Shown piece by piece: positions 10,906 to 24,412 of a stretch of 32,000 nucleotides of DNA. The notes beneath the pieces are model-generated. The model did not search any database and was not told where the DNA came from. It saw only the letters and a list, made by a program, of their open reading frames with translations. The DNA is taken from contig NC_010503.1 of NCBI RefSeq assembly GCF_000019345.1, positions 660,001-692,000 on the forward strand. The letters are read 5' to 3'. Both the position numbers and the translations under genes were made by a program. Position 1 is the stretch's first letter. Each line of letters starts with the position of its first letter. This DNA comes from Ureaplasma parvum serovar 3 str. ATCC 27815. Lineage in GTDB: Bacteria > Bacillota_I > Bacilli_A > Mycoplasmatales > Mycoplasmoidaceae.

Positions 10906-10967
10906 AATAAAATTATACTGATTTAAATAAACACAAGTTGTACATTTGTTTTTAGTTTGGAGTTAAT

Positions 10968-13900
10968 ATGAAAAAAATGTTTCTATTAATGAAGAATATG
11001 ATGCGTTTATTCTTTAAAAATAAAACTTTAGTAACTCAACTTTCAATTTTAATGATTGTTTCAACAGTTGTTATTGTTGCAACAACGATTACAGTACAAC
11101 GTTTGCAAAAATCACAAAGCGATATTAAAAAAATTGGTTTACAAAGTGATTTTTTAATTGATACAAAAGAGCAAGATAATATTAATTTCAACGAAATTGA
11201 CGTTAGCAACAATCTTGTAAAACATAATGAAAAATTAATTCAATTAGCAACTTTTAATCAAAATATTTTAAAAAATTCAAATAATTATTTACAACTAGTT
11301 GATAATGCATTTCATAATCATAACCTTTTTTGGCCAACTAATGTAAACAATCAAAAAATAGATGTACTAAATCTTGAAGGAAATATCGATTGAAATAAAA
11401 TTAATCAATTAAAATTACAAACTGTTTTTTGATTTGAAAACAATAAAGAAAATAATCAAAATTTTGCTAACAATTATGATGATTTGGTTTATGAATATCA
11501 TAATTCTAAAAATCAATTAGTAGGATTTCAAAATTTAGATGGTGGGCATATTTTATTTAAAACACCGGCGTTAAAATCAGCAAACGGTAATTATGAAACA
11601 ACATTTAAAATTAATGCTGCAATTGTCCAAAAAAATAAACCATTTAAATCTTTTTTTAACTTTGATAAATATAAAGAATTAGGATTTAAGAATAAATCTT
11701 ATTTTACAAATCCTGTATTAATTAAAAATATAGATCTTTATTCAAAACAAGTTGTTCAAACACTAAACGATCGTTCAAATCAATCAATTGATTTTAAAGA
11801 CTATCAAAGCACATTTCAAGCCATTGTTGATACACTTGAAACTAACACGATAAATAAAGATTTTTATAGTGTGAATTTACATGTTGATTTTAACACACTA
11901 TCAACAAAATACCTACTATTTGCTAATTATTTAAAAAATGAAGGTATTGATAAAAACCGTTATATAAATGAATTAAAAATCGATAACTATAAACAGAAGT
12001 ATTTAGATTTATTTCAAAACCAAGTTTTAATTCCAAAAGAATTAATTGACGATCCAAAAAAAATAGAAGAAGTGCAAAAAATTATTGCAAAAGCCAAAGC
12101 CTTGTTAATTGCTAAAATTCGTGAAGAAACAAATATTTTTTATGAAAACTCACAAAAATCAGCTCTTGAAAATAAAAATAAGATTCGTGATTATGAGATG
12201 CAATTAAAACAAATAAATATTGCTCTACAAAATTCGAATTATTCTAATAACGAACTTATTCAATTAAAAAATGAACAAAAAGTATTAGCAGCAAATCTCG
12301 ATCAAGCAAAATTTAAACACTTTTTATATAATGATTTAATTAAACAAGATTTCCGTTCGATTTTAAATAATTATAATATTTATTATCGCAAACATGAATC
12401 AGCAATTTATAATGATGTTAAAAGTGATTCAAATTTTATTGTCACAAATGCAAGCAATCCAACATATACACAAAACGGTTTAATTGCACCAAGAAATCAA
12501 TGAATTGATAATATGGTGCAAATTAATGAAAAAAATAAAAATAGTCAAAATCCAAATAAAAAATTTAAGCGAATTTTTATTAATGATGATAATTCAAATA
12601 AAATTAATAACTTTTATGACCTTTATTCAAATTACATTAAAGTCATTCAAATTTTAAAAAATAGTTATGAAAAAGATCCAGATACTGATAAAGATTTACT
12701 AGTTGAAGAGCGTGATTATACTCCTTGAATTAATACATCACTAATTAATATATATCAACTTCCACAATTTTTTAATATCTTATTTAATCAATCTGAATGA
12801 TTATTATCAATTCAATATCTAAAAGAAATGAGTGATTATAAAAAATATTTACTACAAATTTTTGAACCATATCAAGATAAAGAATGGATTTTTAATTTAA
12901 AACATAAAGATTGACAAGATGGCGAACAAGTGGTTGCTATTTATAAAAATGCAGATAGTAATAGCGACCAAAAAGAATATTATTTTAACGGCTATGTTAA
13001 AAATCAACGAGCTTATATTAATGTTAAATATAATAAAAATCTGCCAACACGTTTAAAATTAATTAATATTATTAAACAAAATCAAATAAATCAAAAAAAC
13101 AATTTAGTTAATGTTTTAGATCAAGATTTAAATGATTATGCAAAGATTATTAATTTTAAAAAAGGTATTAAAGATATTAATACAAACCAGCAATCAGTTT
13201 ATGATCAGTGAGCTTTAAATAATCCACAAGATTATGCTATGTTTAAAATTTGATTATCAAAAATCATTAAACGTTATTATTTTCTACGACTTCAGCAATC
13301 ACCTTATGGATATACAATTCAAGCACAAAACGTTTTATCAAAAGCTTTGTTATTGCCGTTTACAATTAATATTATTAATCGTAGTTCAGATCTAGCATAC
13401 GTAAGCACATCTTATATTAAAGCTAATCAAAGAACAACAAAAAATATAAATAATTATAAAGAAATTGGTAATTATGAAGATTTTTTACAAGCACTAAAAC
13501 TTCCATATCGTATAATCGATGATCAACCAAACTATCGTGAAATTACTTTGCCAAACGGTCGTAAAAAAAGAATTGCTAAAGATTATTATAGTTGAATTAA
13601 TTATGTTGTTAGCCCCGCTAATAAAATTGAAATTAACGGCCAATTCTTCTTTATTATTGGTGCTGTAGATAGTCCTGAATTTTTATTTCCAGCAATAAAT
13701 GACTCAGACATCTTAATTAATAAACAAAAATCAACTGTTTTATATGTTAATGATTCAGGTTTTGCTAAACTTAAAACTATTTCAGCAAGCGTGCCAATTT
13801 TAGAGTATTACACACTAAAAGTTAATACTAATGATCTTAATTTATTACAAAAAAATAATGTTTATAATGAAATAAAATCAGAATTATTAGATTCTAAAAA

Positions 13901-16900
13901 AGGTAACATATATAAGAGAACTGATAAGGATAACCCTTATCCAATTTATGTTAAACGAACCTTTTTTTTAACACAATTGAGGAATTTAATTATTGCAATT
14001 GCACTTAGTTTGATTGTTTTAATCTTATTGTTAGGAATCTACTTTGTTACCTCAAGTATTAAAAATATGATTAATAAAAACAAAGTCATGTTCGGTGCTA
14101 TGCAAGCTCAAGGCGTATCAAGATGACAAGTTTGATTTTCATTCGCTCCTTTTTATACAATTCCTTCTTTAATTGTTTTAATTATTGGTTATAGTATATC
14201 TTATGAAATTCAACCCTTAATTATGCGTTTATTTAGCTCATATTGATTAATTCCTATCCCAGACCAATTTGTTAGTGTTGGTTGAATTTTTGCTATTCCA
14301 ATTGCTTTAACATTAATTTTAGGCTTTATTTGCTGGGTGTTAATTTATTATATTTTAAAACATTCAACCGCAGAGACAATGAAAGGCGATGCAGGTTTTA
14401 AAATCAATAAATTTATCATTAAAACAAAAGCAATCTTTTTAAAATTTGGTGCAATTCGAGTTTTAAAAGCTACTTATGTTGTTGCCAATTTAGCAAGAAT
14501 GTTGATTTTATTAGTAATCGCTTCCTCTTTTTCTATTATTGCTTCTATTATTGCAACAACAAAAAATAATTTTAGTCAGTCAGCAAGTATTACTAATGCT
14601 AAACGTGAATATCAATATGCAGTTGATTTATATTCACCAACAGAACAGGGAGGATTTTATTACATTTCAAAGTTTGATGAAATGGGTGTTTCTAATGAAT
14701 ATGCTCCTTTAAAACAAATTGTTAAAAATGTTAAGATTGTAATTAAAATTAAAAATTTAGTTAATAAAAAAGTCAATGTTGTATATATCAATAATCAAAC
14801 AAAGCAAAAAGTAATTATTGAAGCACTTATTAATGATAAGGGAATAATCACTTTTAAAACTAATCAGCTTGTTAAAGGTAGTTTTCAATTTGAAGGTATT
14901 TATGAACAAGAAACAAATAGAGTTTTAATTAATTCACAAAATTTAAATCCATCATTATTAAATATAGATAATCGAAAGATAGGCCATTTTATTTACTCTA
15001 ATCAAAAACAATATATCTATTTACTAAAATCATACTTTAATGACAATGATGTAATTTTAGATTATGTTGATGCTAATAATCAACATACTTATTTAAAAGC
15101 AAAAACTCTAGGTCAATACTTGGTATTTGATCCTTCACAATTAAAACAAAAACAAAAATATCAATTAGTTAATGTTATAAACCATAAAGGAAATACATGA
15201 GTTGATTTAAATAATATAAGTAATGATTTAAAAAATTTGGATTATTCCAAAAATGGACGTTATTTATATGATTATTATGGAAGATTACCATATTTATACT
15301 TTAATCATTTACCACAAAATCTAATTAACCAAAAAGTTTATTTGACTTATACAATTAACCAAAATGATGAATTTCGAATTTATGGTATTGTTAATAAAGA
15401 AAAAGAAGTAGTTTTTGACTTAACAAAATTAAAAATTAATACCCAACAAAGTTATCAATTACGCGATATGCGAATCGCAAATAGTGATTTATTAATTTAT
15501 GATAATAAACAACATGAATTTAATAATAATATTTTATATTTTGATAACAATTATTACGGTTTAAACAATAATAATCAAAAGCAAATTAATATTGATTACT
15601 TAACTCCTAATCGTAATCTTTATTTAACTTTAAAAGCAATGGGTAATGAATTTGTTAATAAGAAAAAAATACCTTTTATAATGACAAAAGCAATGGCTTC
15701 TTTAGTTGAACCTGATACTGCAATTTTAGATTATAATGAATTAGAAAAGGGTTATGTTTATCAAATTAGTACAGCAACACTAGAGGGTAGTGATACAAAC
15801 TTATACTTAGATAACGTTAATTCTATTGATAAAACAAAAGATAATGGCTTACCTTATTCGTCTCTAAAATACAATAACGCAATGCGTGAAATTAAAAATT
15901 TAGGTACTGATCATCCAGTCTATGGCAAAATGTTATCAAATGTTTATTATCCATCAATTAGTACCCAACCTGAAATCTTACAAAATATTCGTTTTTTTGA
16001 TAGTAAAGTAATTTCAAAAAGTTCTTTAGATGGAAATATTAGTGTTAAAGCAACGGATGTTAACATTGAATTTAACCCTTGAGTTTTTGCAAAAACTTTC
16101 TTACCTATCACAGCAATAGCTCGATCAGAACTAAATGAAAAACACTTATTAGATGAAGCATTTAAAACTTTTGGTTATGAAATTATTAATGGTAAAAAAA
16201 TCAATAAATTATATGATGTTCCTAACTTTGAAGATAATGGTATTATTCATCAAATATCATTATGAACAAAAAATGGTTTACCACCTAAAAGTGAAAATGA
16301 TGAAAATGCTTTCTTTATAAAACAAAATGGGCAATGGAAAATCAATGAAAAACCAGGCGTGTTAACAGAGCAGGGCGCCGCAGAATTCTTACCAGAATTT
16401 TTACGTTTAATTACTCAAATGTACACCTTCAAAACAACTCGTTATTTACAATATAAAGCCGGTTTAAAATTTGTTAATATTGAAGATGAAAAAGTACAAC
16501 AACCATATACATACTTATTAGGTAAAATGCAAACAAAAACAAAAAGATTTGCTAATGAAATTAAAATATTGGGTATTAATTATGAAAAAAATAAATTTAT
16601 TAATGGAAAACCAAGTCCTACTACTCAACTAAGTTTGATAAATGATCAGGGTGTTAATTTAATTGATCTAATTAAAAATGATGATCCTAATAATGAGATT
16701 CACAACATTATTATTAATAAAGTTGTCGCCCAAAAATATCATTTAAAGATTAATGATGTTTTTGAATATCAAATTAATAATCACATCAAACGTCTATCAA
16801 ATAAATTTAATAACACACCAGAGAATTATAAAACTAAGTTTAAAGTTGTTGGGATTAATGATAGTTTAATGGATGAGCAATTAATTATTAATCAAAAAGT

Positions 16901-17759
16901 TGCAAATAAACTAATTGGTTTTGATGATTATCGCCGTCGGATTCAAATCGAAAATGGTTATCCAATCATTGAAGAACGCGAGTTCAATGGATTCTTTACA
17001 AAAGAAAAAGAACCTATTTTCTTTAATAATATGGCTTCATTTTATTCACCTACTGGACTATCACCAGCAATTGATTCATGACCACAAAATTTATTAGAAA
17101 ATATTGGTGGTAATGTTCAAAGCATTAATATTTACTGAATTTTTTATTACAGTTGAGATTTAGCTAATTCGATTTTAAATGCTAGTTTCGATAAAAATAA
17201 AATTACTTGAGAACCTTTTTCAGAAATTAATTTAGATAAATTATTAAAGAAAATAGGAAAAATTTTTGGAAAAGAAGCTAATTTACCATCATTTAAAGCA
17301 GTTGATGCTAATATTGAAAACGAAATATTTGCTTCAGTAGTTGATAAAACATCATTTACATTATTATTAAATATCATTACTGCTATTATTCCATCACTTG
17401 TCATTATTATTATTCTAGTAGCTTCAACACTAGCTAATGAATCACGGCGTTTAATTGCTATTATGAAAGTATTAGGAATGCGTGATTTTAGAAATGTTAA
17501 TAATTTTATGTTTATTTATCCAATCGTATGATTATTAAATATTCTTATTGCTACACCGCTTTCTTTTGGAATTATTCATATTTATAAATTAGCAATCTTT
17601 GCTGCTTTTAATATTGTTTTAGTAGCTTCTATCCCTTGATGAATCTTTGTAATTAGTTATGGTTTTGTCGGGATTGTATTATTATTTGCTTGATTACAAA
17701 TGTTATATAAAACAAAAAAACTAAATTTACCAAAAGCTTTAAACCAATTTAATAATTAA
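10968..17759 (+). CDS. Very large FtsX-like ABC transporter permease (2263 aa), two FtsX-type membrane domains
   Basis: All nine main ORF fragments (10968, 11484, 12513, 12930, 13347, 13791, 14337, 15237, 16359) share one frame; the junctions I checked are TGA codons (Trp in code 4). The frame closes at TAA 17757-17759. N-terminal TM segment; mid-protein 'LIIAIALSLIVLILLLGIYFVTSSIKNMINKNKVMFGAMQAQGVSRW'; C-terminal 'TLLLNIITAIIPSLVIIIILVASTLANESRRLIAIMKVLGMRDFRN'. Confidence 0.85.
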
Positions 17760-17786
17760 AAAGACGGCCGTAAAGACCGTCTTTTT
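17758..17786. terminator. Bidirectional terminator shared by the permease gene and gatB
   Basis: aaaaagacgg (17758-17767) pairs with ccgtcttttt (17777-17786), 9-nt loop, followed by a T run; lies between convergent genes. Confidence 0.9.
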
Positions 17787-17807
17787 TTTAATGTTAATTG
17801 CTTGTTT

Positions 17808-19241
17808 TTATTTTTGTAAGATTTTTTTTAAAACATTAAAAGAAATGGTTGGATTCGCTTGTGCTTTAGTTAATTTCATTATTTCACCCATAAAAAATTT
17901 TTCAACACGGTCGGGGCGTTCATTGTATTGTAATAACATTTCTTGATTCTTAGCTAAAATTTGATGTCAAAGTTTAGTAATTTCATTTTCATTAGTAATT
18001 TGCTCAAAACCTAATTCCTTAATTAGAATTTGAGGATCTTTATTTGTCAAATAAATTTTTTCTAAAATTATTTTTGTTTGTTTTCCATTAATCAAAGTTT
18101 GATCAAATAATAAGATCATTCTAGCAATTTTTTGCAATAATTCTGGTGTAATTTCTTCAATGTTTTGCGTATTTTTATTAATTAGACCAATAAATTCCAA
18201 ACATAATCATTTATAAACACTTAAAGGATTATTAACAATTTTGTCTACATATTTAAATGCTTTAAACAACGGTCCATCACTTAATAACTGTTCGATAGCA
18301 GAACTAACTAAACCTTTTTGTGCTAGTTGTTGACGCAAATCATTAATACTACATGATTTAGTTAAAAACATTTTTTTTACATAATCATCACTTAGATGAA
18401 TTGGTGCAATATTTGCTTCACGAATATAGCGATAATTAATAGCATCATTTTTTGAACGCATAAAAACCGTTGTATTCGTATTATCATCAAAACGTCGTGT
18501 TTGTTGTTCAACATTCTGATTTAGTAAAATTAAATTTAATTGACGTCTTATCTCATAATCAATAGCTTTAGCAACATTTGAAATAGAATTAATATTTTTA
18601 ATTTCTACTTTTGTGCCAAATTTTTTAGCCCCTTGAGGTCTAATTGAAACGTTTACATCAACACGTAATGATCCATCTTCCATTTTTGCATCTGATATAT
18701 CATTAAACAATAAAATTTTTCGCAATTCTTCTAAAAATAAAACCGTCTCTTGTGCACTTCGTAAATCTGCTTCACTAACGATTTCAATTAAAGGTCATCC
18801 TGCACGGTTATAATCTAAATATATTTGATTACCTATATTAGTTTGTTTGGCTGTATCTTCTTCTAAATGAATTTGTTTGATACGTATTCGTTTTAAATTA
18901 TTATATTCATCAATGATTTGAATATAACCATTCTGACCTATTGGAAAATAATTTTGTGTAATTTGATATCCTTTAGGTAAGTCTAAATAATAATAATGCT
19001 TACGATCAAAAGCAATAAATTGATGATTAGTACGCATGTGTAATGCATTTGCTAAAAAAAGTCCTTTATGAACAACTTCTTGATTAACAGTTGGTAATGT
19101 ACCTGGCAATGCTAAATCAATTTCATTAATTAAAGTGTTAGGAATACTCTTATGCGATGTTGCTGCATTAGAAAACATTTTGGTTTTTGTATTAAGTGCA
19201 GTATGCACTTCAATACCAATAATAACTTCAAAATTTTGCAT
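17808..19241 (-). CDS. gatB: Asp-tRNA(Asn)/Glu-tRNA(Gln) amidotransferase subunit B
   Basis: 478-codon frame; 'FEVIIGIEVHTALNTKTKMF', 'DLALPGTLPTVNQ', 'DLPKGYQITQ', 'EDGSLRVDVNVSIRP', 'GTKVEIKNINSISNV'. Confidence 0.95.
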
Positions 19242-19243
19242 TA

Positions 19244-20677
19244 TTATTTTTCCTCATTTCCTAGTAAATTATTGATTAAATAAGCGCCATTTAATAATTT
19301 ATTATCATTTAAGTAATCTGCTCACAAATTTAAACCTAAATTTCCTAATTTAGTTGTTAAAAAGGGGATTACAATTGATGGAAAACCACCAAAATTAGCA
19401 ATTTGCATTACATCTTCAACTAAATTAGTTGTGGGCTTTTGGTTGTTAACATCATCAATTGTTTCACTTATATCATGAACTGCTAAATTTAAAATTAAAT
19501 CACAATTTTTAAATAAATTTTTAGCTTGATCAACTATTAATGTACGCATTTTTTTAGCAGCAACTAATAAAGTTTCAAACTGGCTTTCTTGAGTAACATA
19601 AGCACCTATCATAAAACGTTGTTTTAATTGTGTTCCTAAATATAAAGTTCGCGTTTTAATAATTAAATCCTCATAGTTATCATAATCAATATCATGTTTG
19701 CCAAAAGTGATGTTTGTAAAATTAGAGTATGAACTATAAGCCTCACTAAAAGCGATTAATTTATAAACTGGACTAATTGCCTTTAATAAATTAATATCAT
19801 AATCAACATTAATTATTTCATGCTCATCATTTAATTTAACAATCAGATTAGTTAATTCTTGTTGATATTTTGATGCTAATAAATCAAAACTAGGTTTTAA
19901 AACACCAATCTTATATTTATTTTTTGTTTTTAGCATTGAAAGTGATTGTGTTTTAAAACTAAGACTTGTAAAATCTTTAAAATCTCGCTTAGCAAGAGCA
20001 TTAAAAACAATTTGCGTATCAAAAATATTATTTGTAAAAATTCCAACATGATCAAGAGAAGGAGCAAAGGGGTAAACGCCATAACGCGAAATAAGACCAT
20101 ATGACGGTTTAAAACCAACAATACCCATAATTGAAGCGGGGCGACGAACAGAATCTCCTGTATCTGTAGCAATTGCAAAAGGTACAACGCCTTGTTGAAC
20201 TAAAACAGCACTACCAGATGAAGAACCTCCGCTAACATGTTTTGGATTTAATGGATTAATTACAGGGCCAAATGCTGAATCAGTACCAGTGCCTCCTAAA
20301 CCAAATTCATCTAAATTTGATTTATTTAACAAAATTGCTTGTTTTTGATCTAATAATGTTTTAACTGTCGCATCATATGGAGGATTGTAATTTTTTAAAA
20401 ACAATGAACCACCTGTTGTAATAATATTCTTAGTTGAAATGTTGTCTTTTAAAGAATATGGAATTCCAAATAAATAATCAATTTCTAAATTATCACTACT
20501 AATCTTTTCATCTAAAAAAGCTGCTTGTTTCAATGCCTGTTCATAATTATTTGCTAAAGTTGCATTTAAATTTTTAATCTTTAAATCATGATCAATCGAT
20601 TTTTTAATCAAATCATAAATTTTAACTTCACGTTTTTTAATTTGATTATGAAGCGCTAAAATAGTTTTATTTTTCAT
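19244..20677 (-). CDS. gatA: Asp-tRNA(Asn)/Glu-tRNA(Gln) amidotransferase subunit A
   Basis: 478-codon frame; amidase signature 'GFGLGGTGTDSAFGPVINPLNPKHVSGGSSSGSAVLVQQGVVPFAIATDTGDSVRRPAS'. Confidence 0.95.
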
Positions 20678-20951
20678 TTTTTAATACCCCATAATGATCG
20701 ATTACTTTTAGGCAATTATTTAGAACTTCTTCGCTATTATTACCTACACAAGAATTAATTTCATCTTCTCGTAAAAAATTATCAAAGGATTTATTAATAA
20801 TTTCAAAAGGTGTTATATTTTGTAAATTAAAAAGCTCAAAAACTTTAATTTCATTAAATAAATTATTTAAACGATTTTCAACCTGTTTAATTTCATCATC
20901 AGTTAATATAAACATGCATGATGACATTAATTTTTGTAAATTATAACTCAT
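20667..20951 (-). CDS. gatC: Asp/Glu-tRNA amidotransferase subunit C-like protein
   Basis: 94 aa; 'LTDDEIKQVENRLNNLFNEIKVFELFNLQNITPFE' resembles GatC, and it sits directly upstream of gatA with an 11-nt overlap. Confidence 0.75.
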   Translation of the reverse strand: MSYNLQKLMSSCMFILTDDEIKQVENRLNNLFNEIKVFELFNLQNITPFEIINKSFDNFLREDEINSCVGNNSEEVLNNCLKVIDHYGVLKNEK

Positions 20952-20971
20952 CTTAATTTCTCTTTTCTTTA

Positions 20972-22000
20972 TTAGTCAACATGAATTGGAATATGTTTAT
21001 CCTCAACAATATCATCTTCATAATCATAACGAATTAAAGGAACAACAATTTTAAAAATTGGATAAATAATCAATAAGTTTAAAACCACCATTGGAATAAA
21101 TAAAACAGCACGAATTGATAATCATTGTGTATATTTTAGACTTGATAATTCAGCATCAAACGATGGCATCATTAGTACATTAACCACTGCTTCAGTTAGT
21201 AAAATTGTTACTAAAACAGGGGCAAATATAATGAATCAATTTGTTTTGGTTTTAGCTTTATTTTTTTTATTGAATCAATATTTTATCAATAAACTAAACC
21301 AAACAACGATAATTGATAATAAGAAAAAACCTAAAATAATGCCAATCATCAATGTTCGTGCAATTTTAATATCAAAACCAAATAATTGAATATTAAAACC
21401 CTTATCACCAATTCCTGGAGCAAAATATAAAAATAAGGCAATTCCTACACCAATTAAAATAGTTGCCATTGAACTATAAATTGCAAATGGTAAATCCTTT
21501 TTTTTGGAAGTAGTTAGAATAATTCGAATTAGTCCTCCAATTAATCCATAAGCCATAGCAGCAATTAAATAACCATAATGAAATACACCAGCAGTCATAG
21601 CCACAGATAATAAATCAGTCATTGCACCAATAAAAATACCTAAAATTGGACCAAATAATAAACCTCCAATTTTAATAAGAATCCCTTCTAAAGTAACACG
21701 TGTACCTGGTCAAGCACGAAAAATTACAGAAGCTGTGTTAGCTGATAAAACTGTTAATAATATAATCACTGCAACAGAAATCGAAATCACCATAGCAATA
21801 TTTGAAATCCCTTTAACCGAAGTTTTAGGAATAATATAAAAACGCTTTTGAAAACGAATTGAATAATAGATTTTTTTAATAACTGTAAAGATAATAAAAA
21901 CAATCAAAAATGCTAAAAAAATTAAAATTGATTGTCATGAATTAATTCCATTACCTTGTGAAGTATTAGTTGTATGTAATACACTCATTATATTTGTCAC
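20972..22000 (-). CDS. ECF transporter S component (FolT-like family), multi-pass membrane protein
   Basis: 343-codon frame from GTG at 22000 (RBS gaggtga nearby; an alternative ATG at 21988 is poorly spaced). '[42 protein letters not shown]' matches the S-component pattern. Confidence 0.7.
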
Positions 22001-22026
22001 AGATTCACCTCACTAATTAATAAATT

Positions 22027-22665
22027 TTATCATTTTATTGGAGTGCGTAAATGTTTAATTAAATAATCATTGCATTTACTAAAATGTTTACAAGTTAAAA
22101 AACCACGATGTGCACTTAATGGCGAAGGATGTGAAGCACATAAAATTAAATTTTGTTTTTGATCAATCAAATTAATGTAACTCATAGCTTGTTTTCCTCA
22201 TAATAAATAAACAACATGCTTTTGTTTTCTAAGTTCGTTAAACACATTTTTAATTAATTCTTCATAACCAAAATTTTTATGCGAATTTGGTTGATGAGCG
22301 TTAACAGTTAAAACAGTATTCAACAATAAAACTCCTTGTTTTGCCCAATCAGACAAATCAGGGTTTGTTCTTTTTATTTGTAAATCATATTCTAAAGCTT
22401 TAAAAATATTGATTAGTGATCCTGGTAAATTATTTCCTAAATCCACACTAAAACACAAACCATTAGCTATTTTAGGTGTATGGTATGGATCTTGCCCTAA
22501 AATAACAACTTTAGTTTGTTCAATATCAAAAAAATCAAAACATCTAAACCGTTGTTTTTTTAAAGGAAAAACTACTTGATGATTCTCGATGTTGTTGATT
22601 TTTTTAATAATATTTTTTAAATAACTTTGTTTAGTTTCATTAATTATGAATTCTTTTCATTTCAT
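22027..22665 (-). CDS. ung: Uracil-DNA glycosylase
   Basis: 213-codon frame; '[22 protein letters not shown]', '[19 protein letters not shown]', '[16 protein letters not shown]'. Confidence 0.95.
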
Positions 22666-24410
22666 TTGCTATAGTTAACATTTACACTTTTAATTTCATT
22701 AAGGTTAAAAAGATATTTTCTAAAATTATTCTTAGCAGCTTTAAAACTAGTCAAATTATGAATATTAGCATCCTTATTTTCTAAAGCAATCATTGCTAAT
22801 TGCGAATATGATTGTTTTGATAAAATTTGGTTGTTTTCAGGGTTAGTAACAGGTAAAATAGTACGAGAATTGTTAGATGCTTTAATTGCTTCAACAAATT
22901 TGCGTGATTTGATGAAATCATCTATTTTTAATTCATTGATCTTTTTTTCACCTAAGAAAGCATATGGATAAACACCATTTAGACCACGATCATGTTCATA
23001 ATATTGTCAGTCTTCAAGTTTTTTATCTTCAACATACTCTTTTTTATTAACTTTAGCTTCGTTTTTTAATTCTTGTTTTAAATCGCGGCCCAAAATACTA
23101 AACGCATGAATTTTAGATAATGTACCTGTGTAGTATTCATTATAAACAGTTGTACGTTTTTTCTCTGTCTCAGTTAACCCTGTTTTTTGATTTTTAATTT
23201 TTAAAAAATTTTCTTGAAGAGTTTGTGTTGCTTTTTGATTAATATTAGCAGAACGCATTGTTGATGGTGCAAAATTAACTACCATATCTTTTAATGGAAT
23301 TTCATAAACTAAATTACGAATTTCTGGTTTGTGATCATCATGAATTTCAGCATAAGTTTTTTTATCAACACTTGATAAAGCAGCGTTAATTGAACTAAGT
23401 GCATTTAGTTGACTACCATTAGAACTAGCTTCCATAAATGATCCAGCTTTTTTGTTTGAAGAGTTATATCAAGCATATTGTAATTTAATATTTTTTAAAC
23501 GTACAAGAACATTTTTTAAACTTGGATTAACTAATAATTCATCATTTACTTTAACACCAAAATTAGGTTTATTAATACTTAAACCTGTAATTGCATCTAC
23601 ATATTCTCAATCAAAACTAAAATTATATAAAGCAAGTTTGTATGTATGTTTACCTGCACCTACACCTTGTACTAAAGCTAATAAAAATTCTTTAGCAACT
23701 TCGTTTTTTAACCCTTTAAAAAGTTCAAAATCTTTATTTGAATGGTTATTAAATGCATGTTCTGCTAATCATTTTATTAATTGATCTGTCATAGAGGTAA
23801 TATAAGTATACAATCCATCACTAATAACTAAAGAGTTGATTAATTCACTAACCTTATTTATTTTTGTTAATTCATCACTTGAATATAGTTTTTGGTTAAA
23901 AACAGTTTGTTTTTTTGTTTGGTCAAGAATTTCTAAATTATTAGCATATTTACTTGTTGAATCAAAATTTAACTTATTACCAATTAAACGAATCAATTCA
24001 TTTTGCAAAATACTCAAATCAATTGGTGTTAGTTTAGTTGAACTTGATAAACTTTTTGTTCAAACTTCTTTTTTGGGAACCAAATAACCAAATTGATCGA
24101 TTTCTTTATTGTTTTTATCAAAGCGTTTATTATCTTTAACACTCGTATAAGTTAAATCACCTGCCGCATAATAAACATCATCTAATAAATTTTGATTCTC
24201 AAAAATCATTTCATGTTTTTGATTCTTACCTTCAAAGGCTCGAATTTTAATTTTACCAATATTATTAGTTGTAGCATTAGCACTAACATAATGAACATTA
24301 ACTTGAGGATGAGCAGCTGCTGAACACGATGCAGCAACAATTGGCGTTAATCCAATAAAACTAATTCCTAATATTGAAAAAATTAGCTTTTTACTTTTGT
24401 TTTTTTTCAT
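22644..24410 (-). CDS. Predicted lipoprotein of unknown function (588 aa)
   Basis: Signal peptide and lipobox [32 protein letters not shown]; one code-4 frame through the ORFs at 24060, 23769 and 23007, ending ...NVNYSKWNEKNS*. Overlaps the 5' end of ung by 22 nt. Confidence 0.85.
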
Positions 24411-24412
24411 AT

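Noticed and set aside
17147-17404. 85-aa minus-strand ORF inside the large permease gene
   Set aside because: It is antisense to the C-terminal coding region of the 2263-aa frame; no motif, likely chance.
10968-17759. Interpretation as a degraded pseudogene or a cluster of about nine small proteins
   Set aside because: The apparent breaks that I checked are TGA codons in the same frame, which code for Trp in Mollicutes; frame and length (6792 nt, a multiple of 3) are intact.
19930-20187. 85-aa minus-strand ORF in the alternate frame of gatA
   Set aside because: It is a shifted reading of the gatA amidase sequence; Leu-rich nonsense translation.
23452-24087. Plus-strand ORFs (23452..23784, 23836..24087) opposite the lipoprotein gene
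   Set aside because: Shadow ORFs on the complement of the lipoprotein frame, which has a lipobox and continuous code-4 reading.
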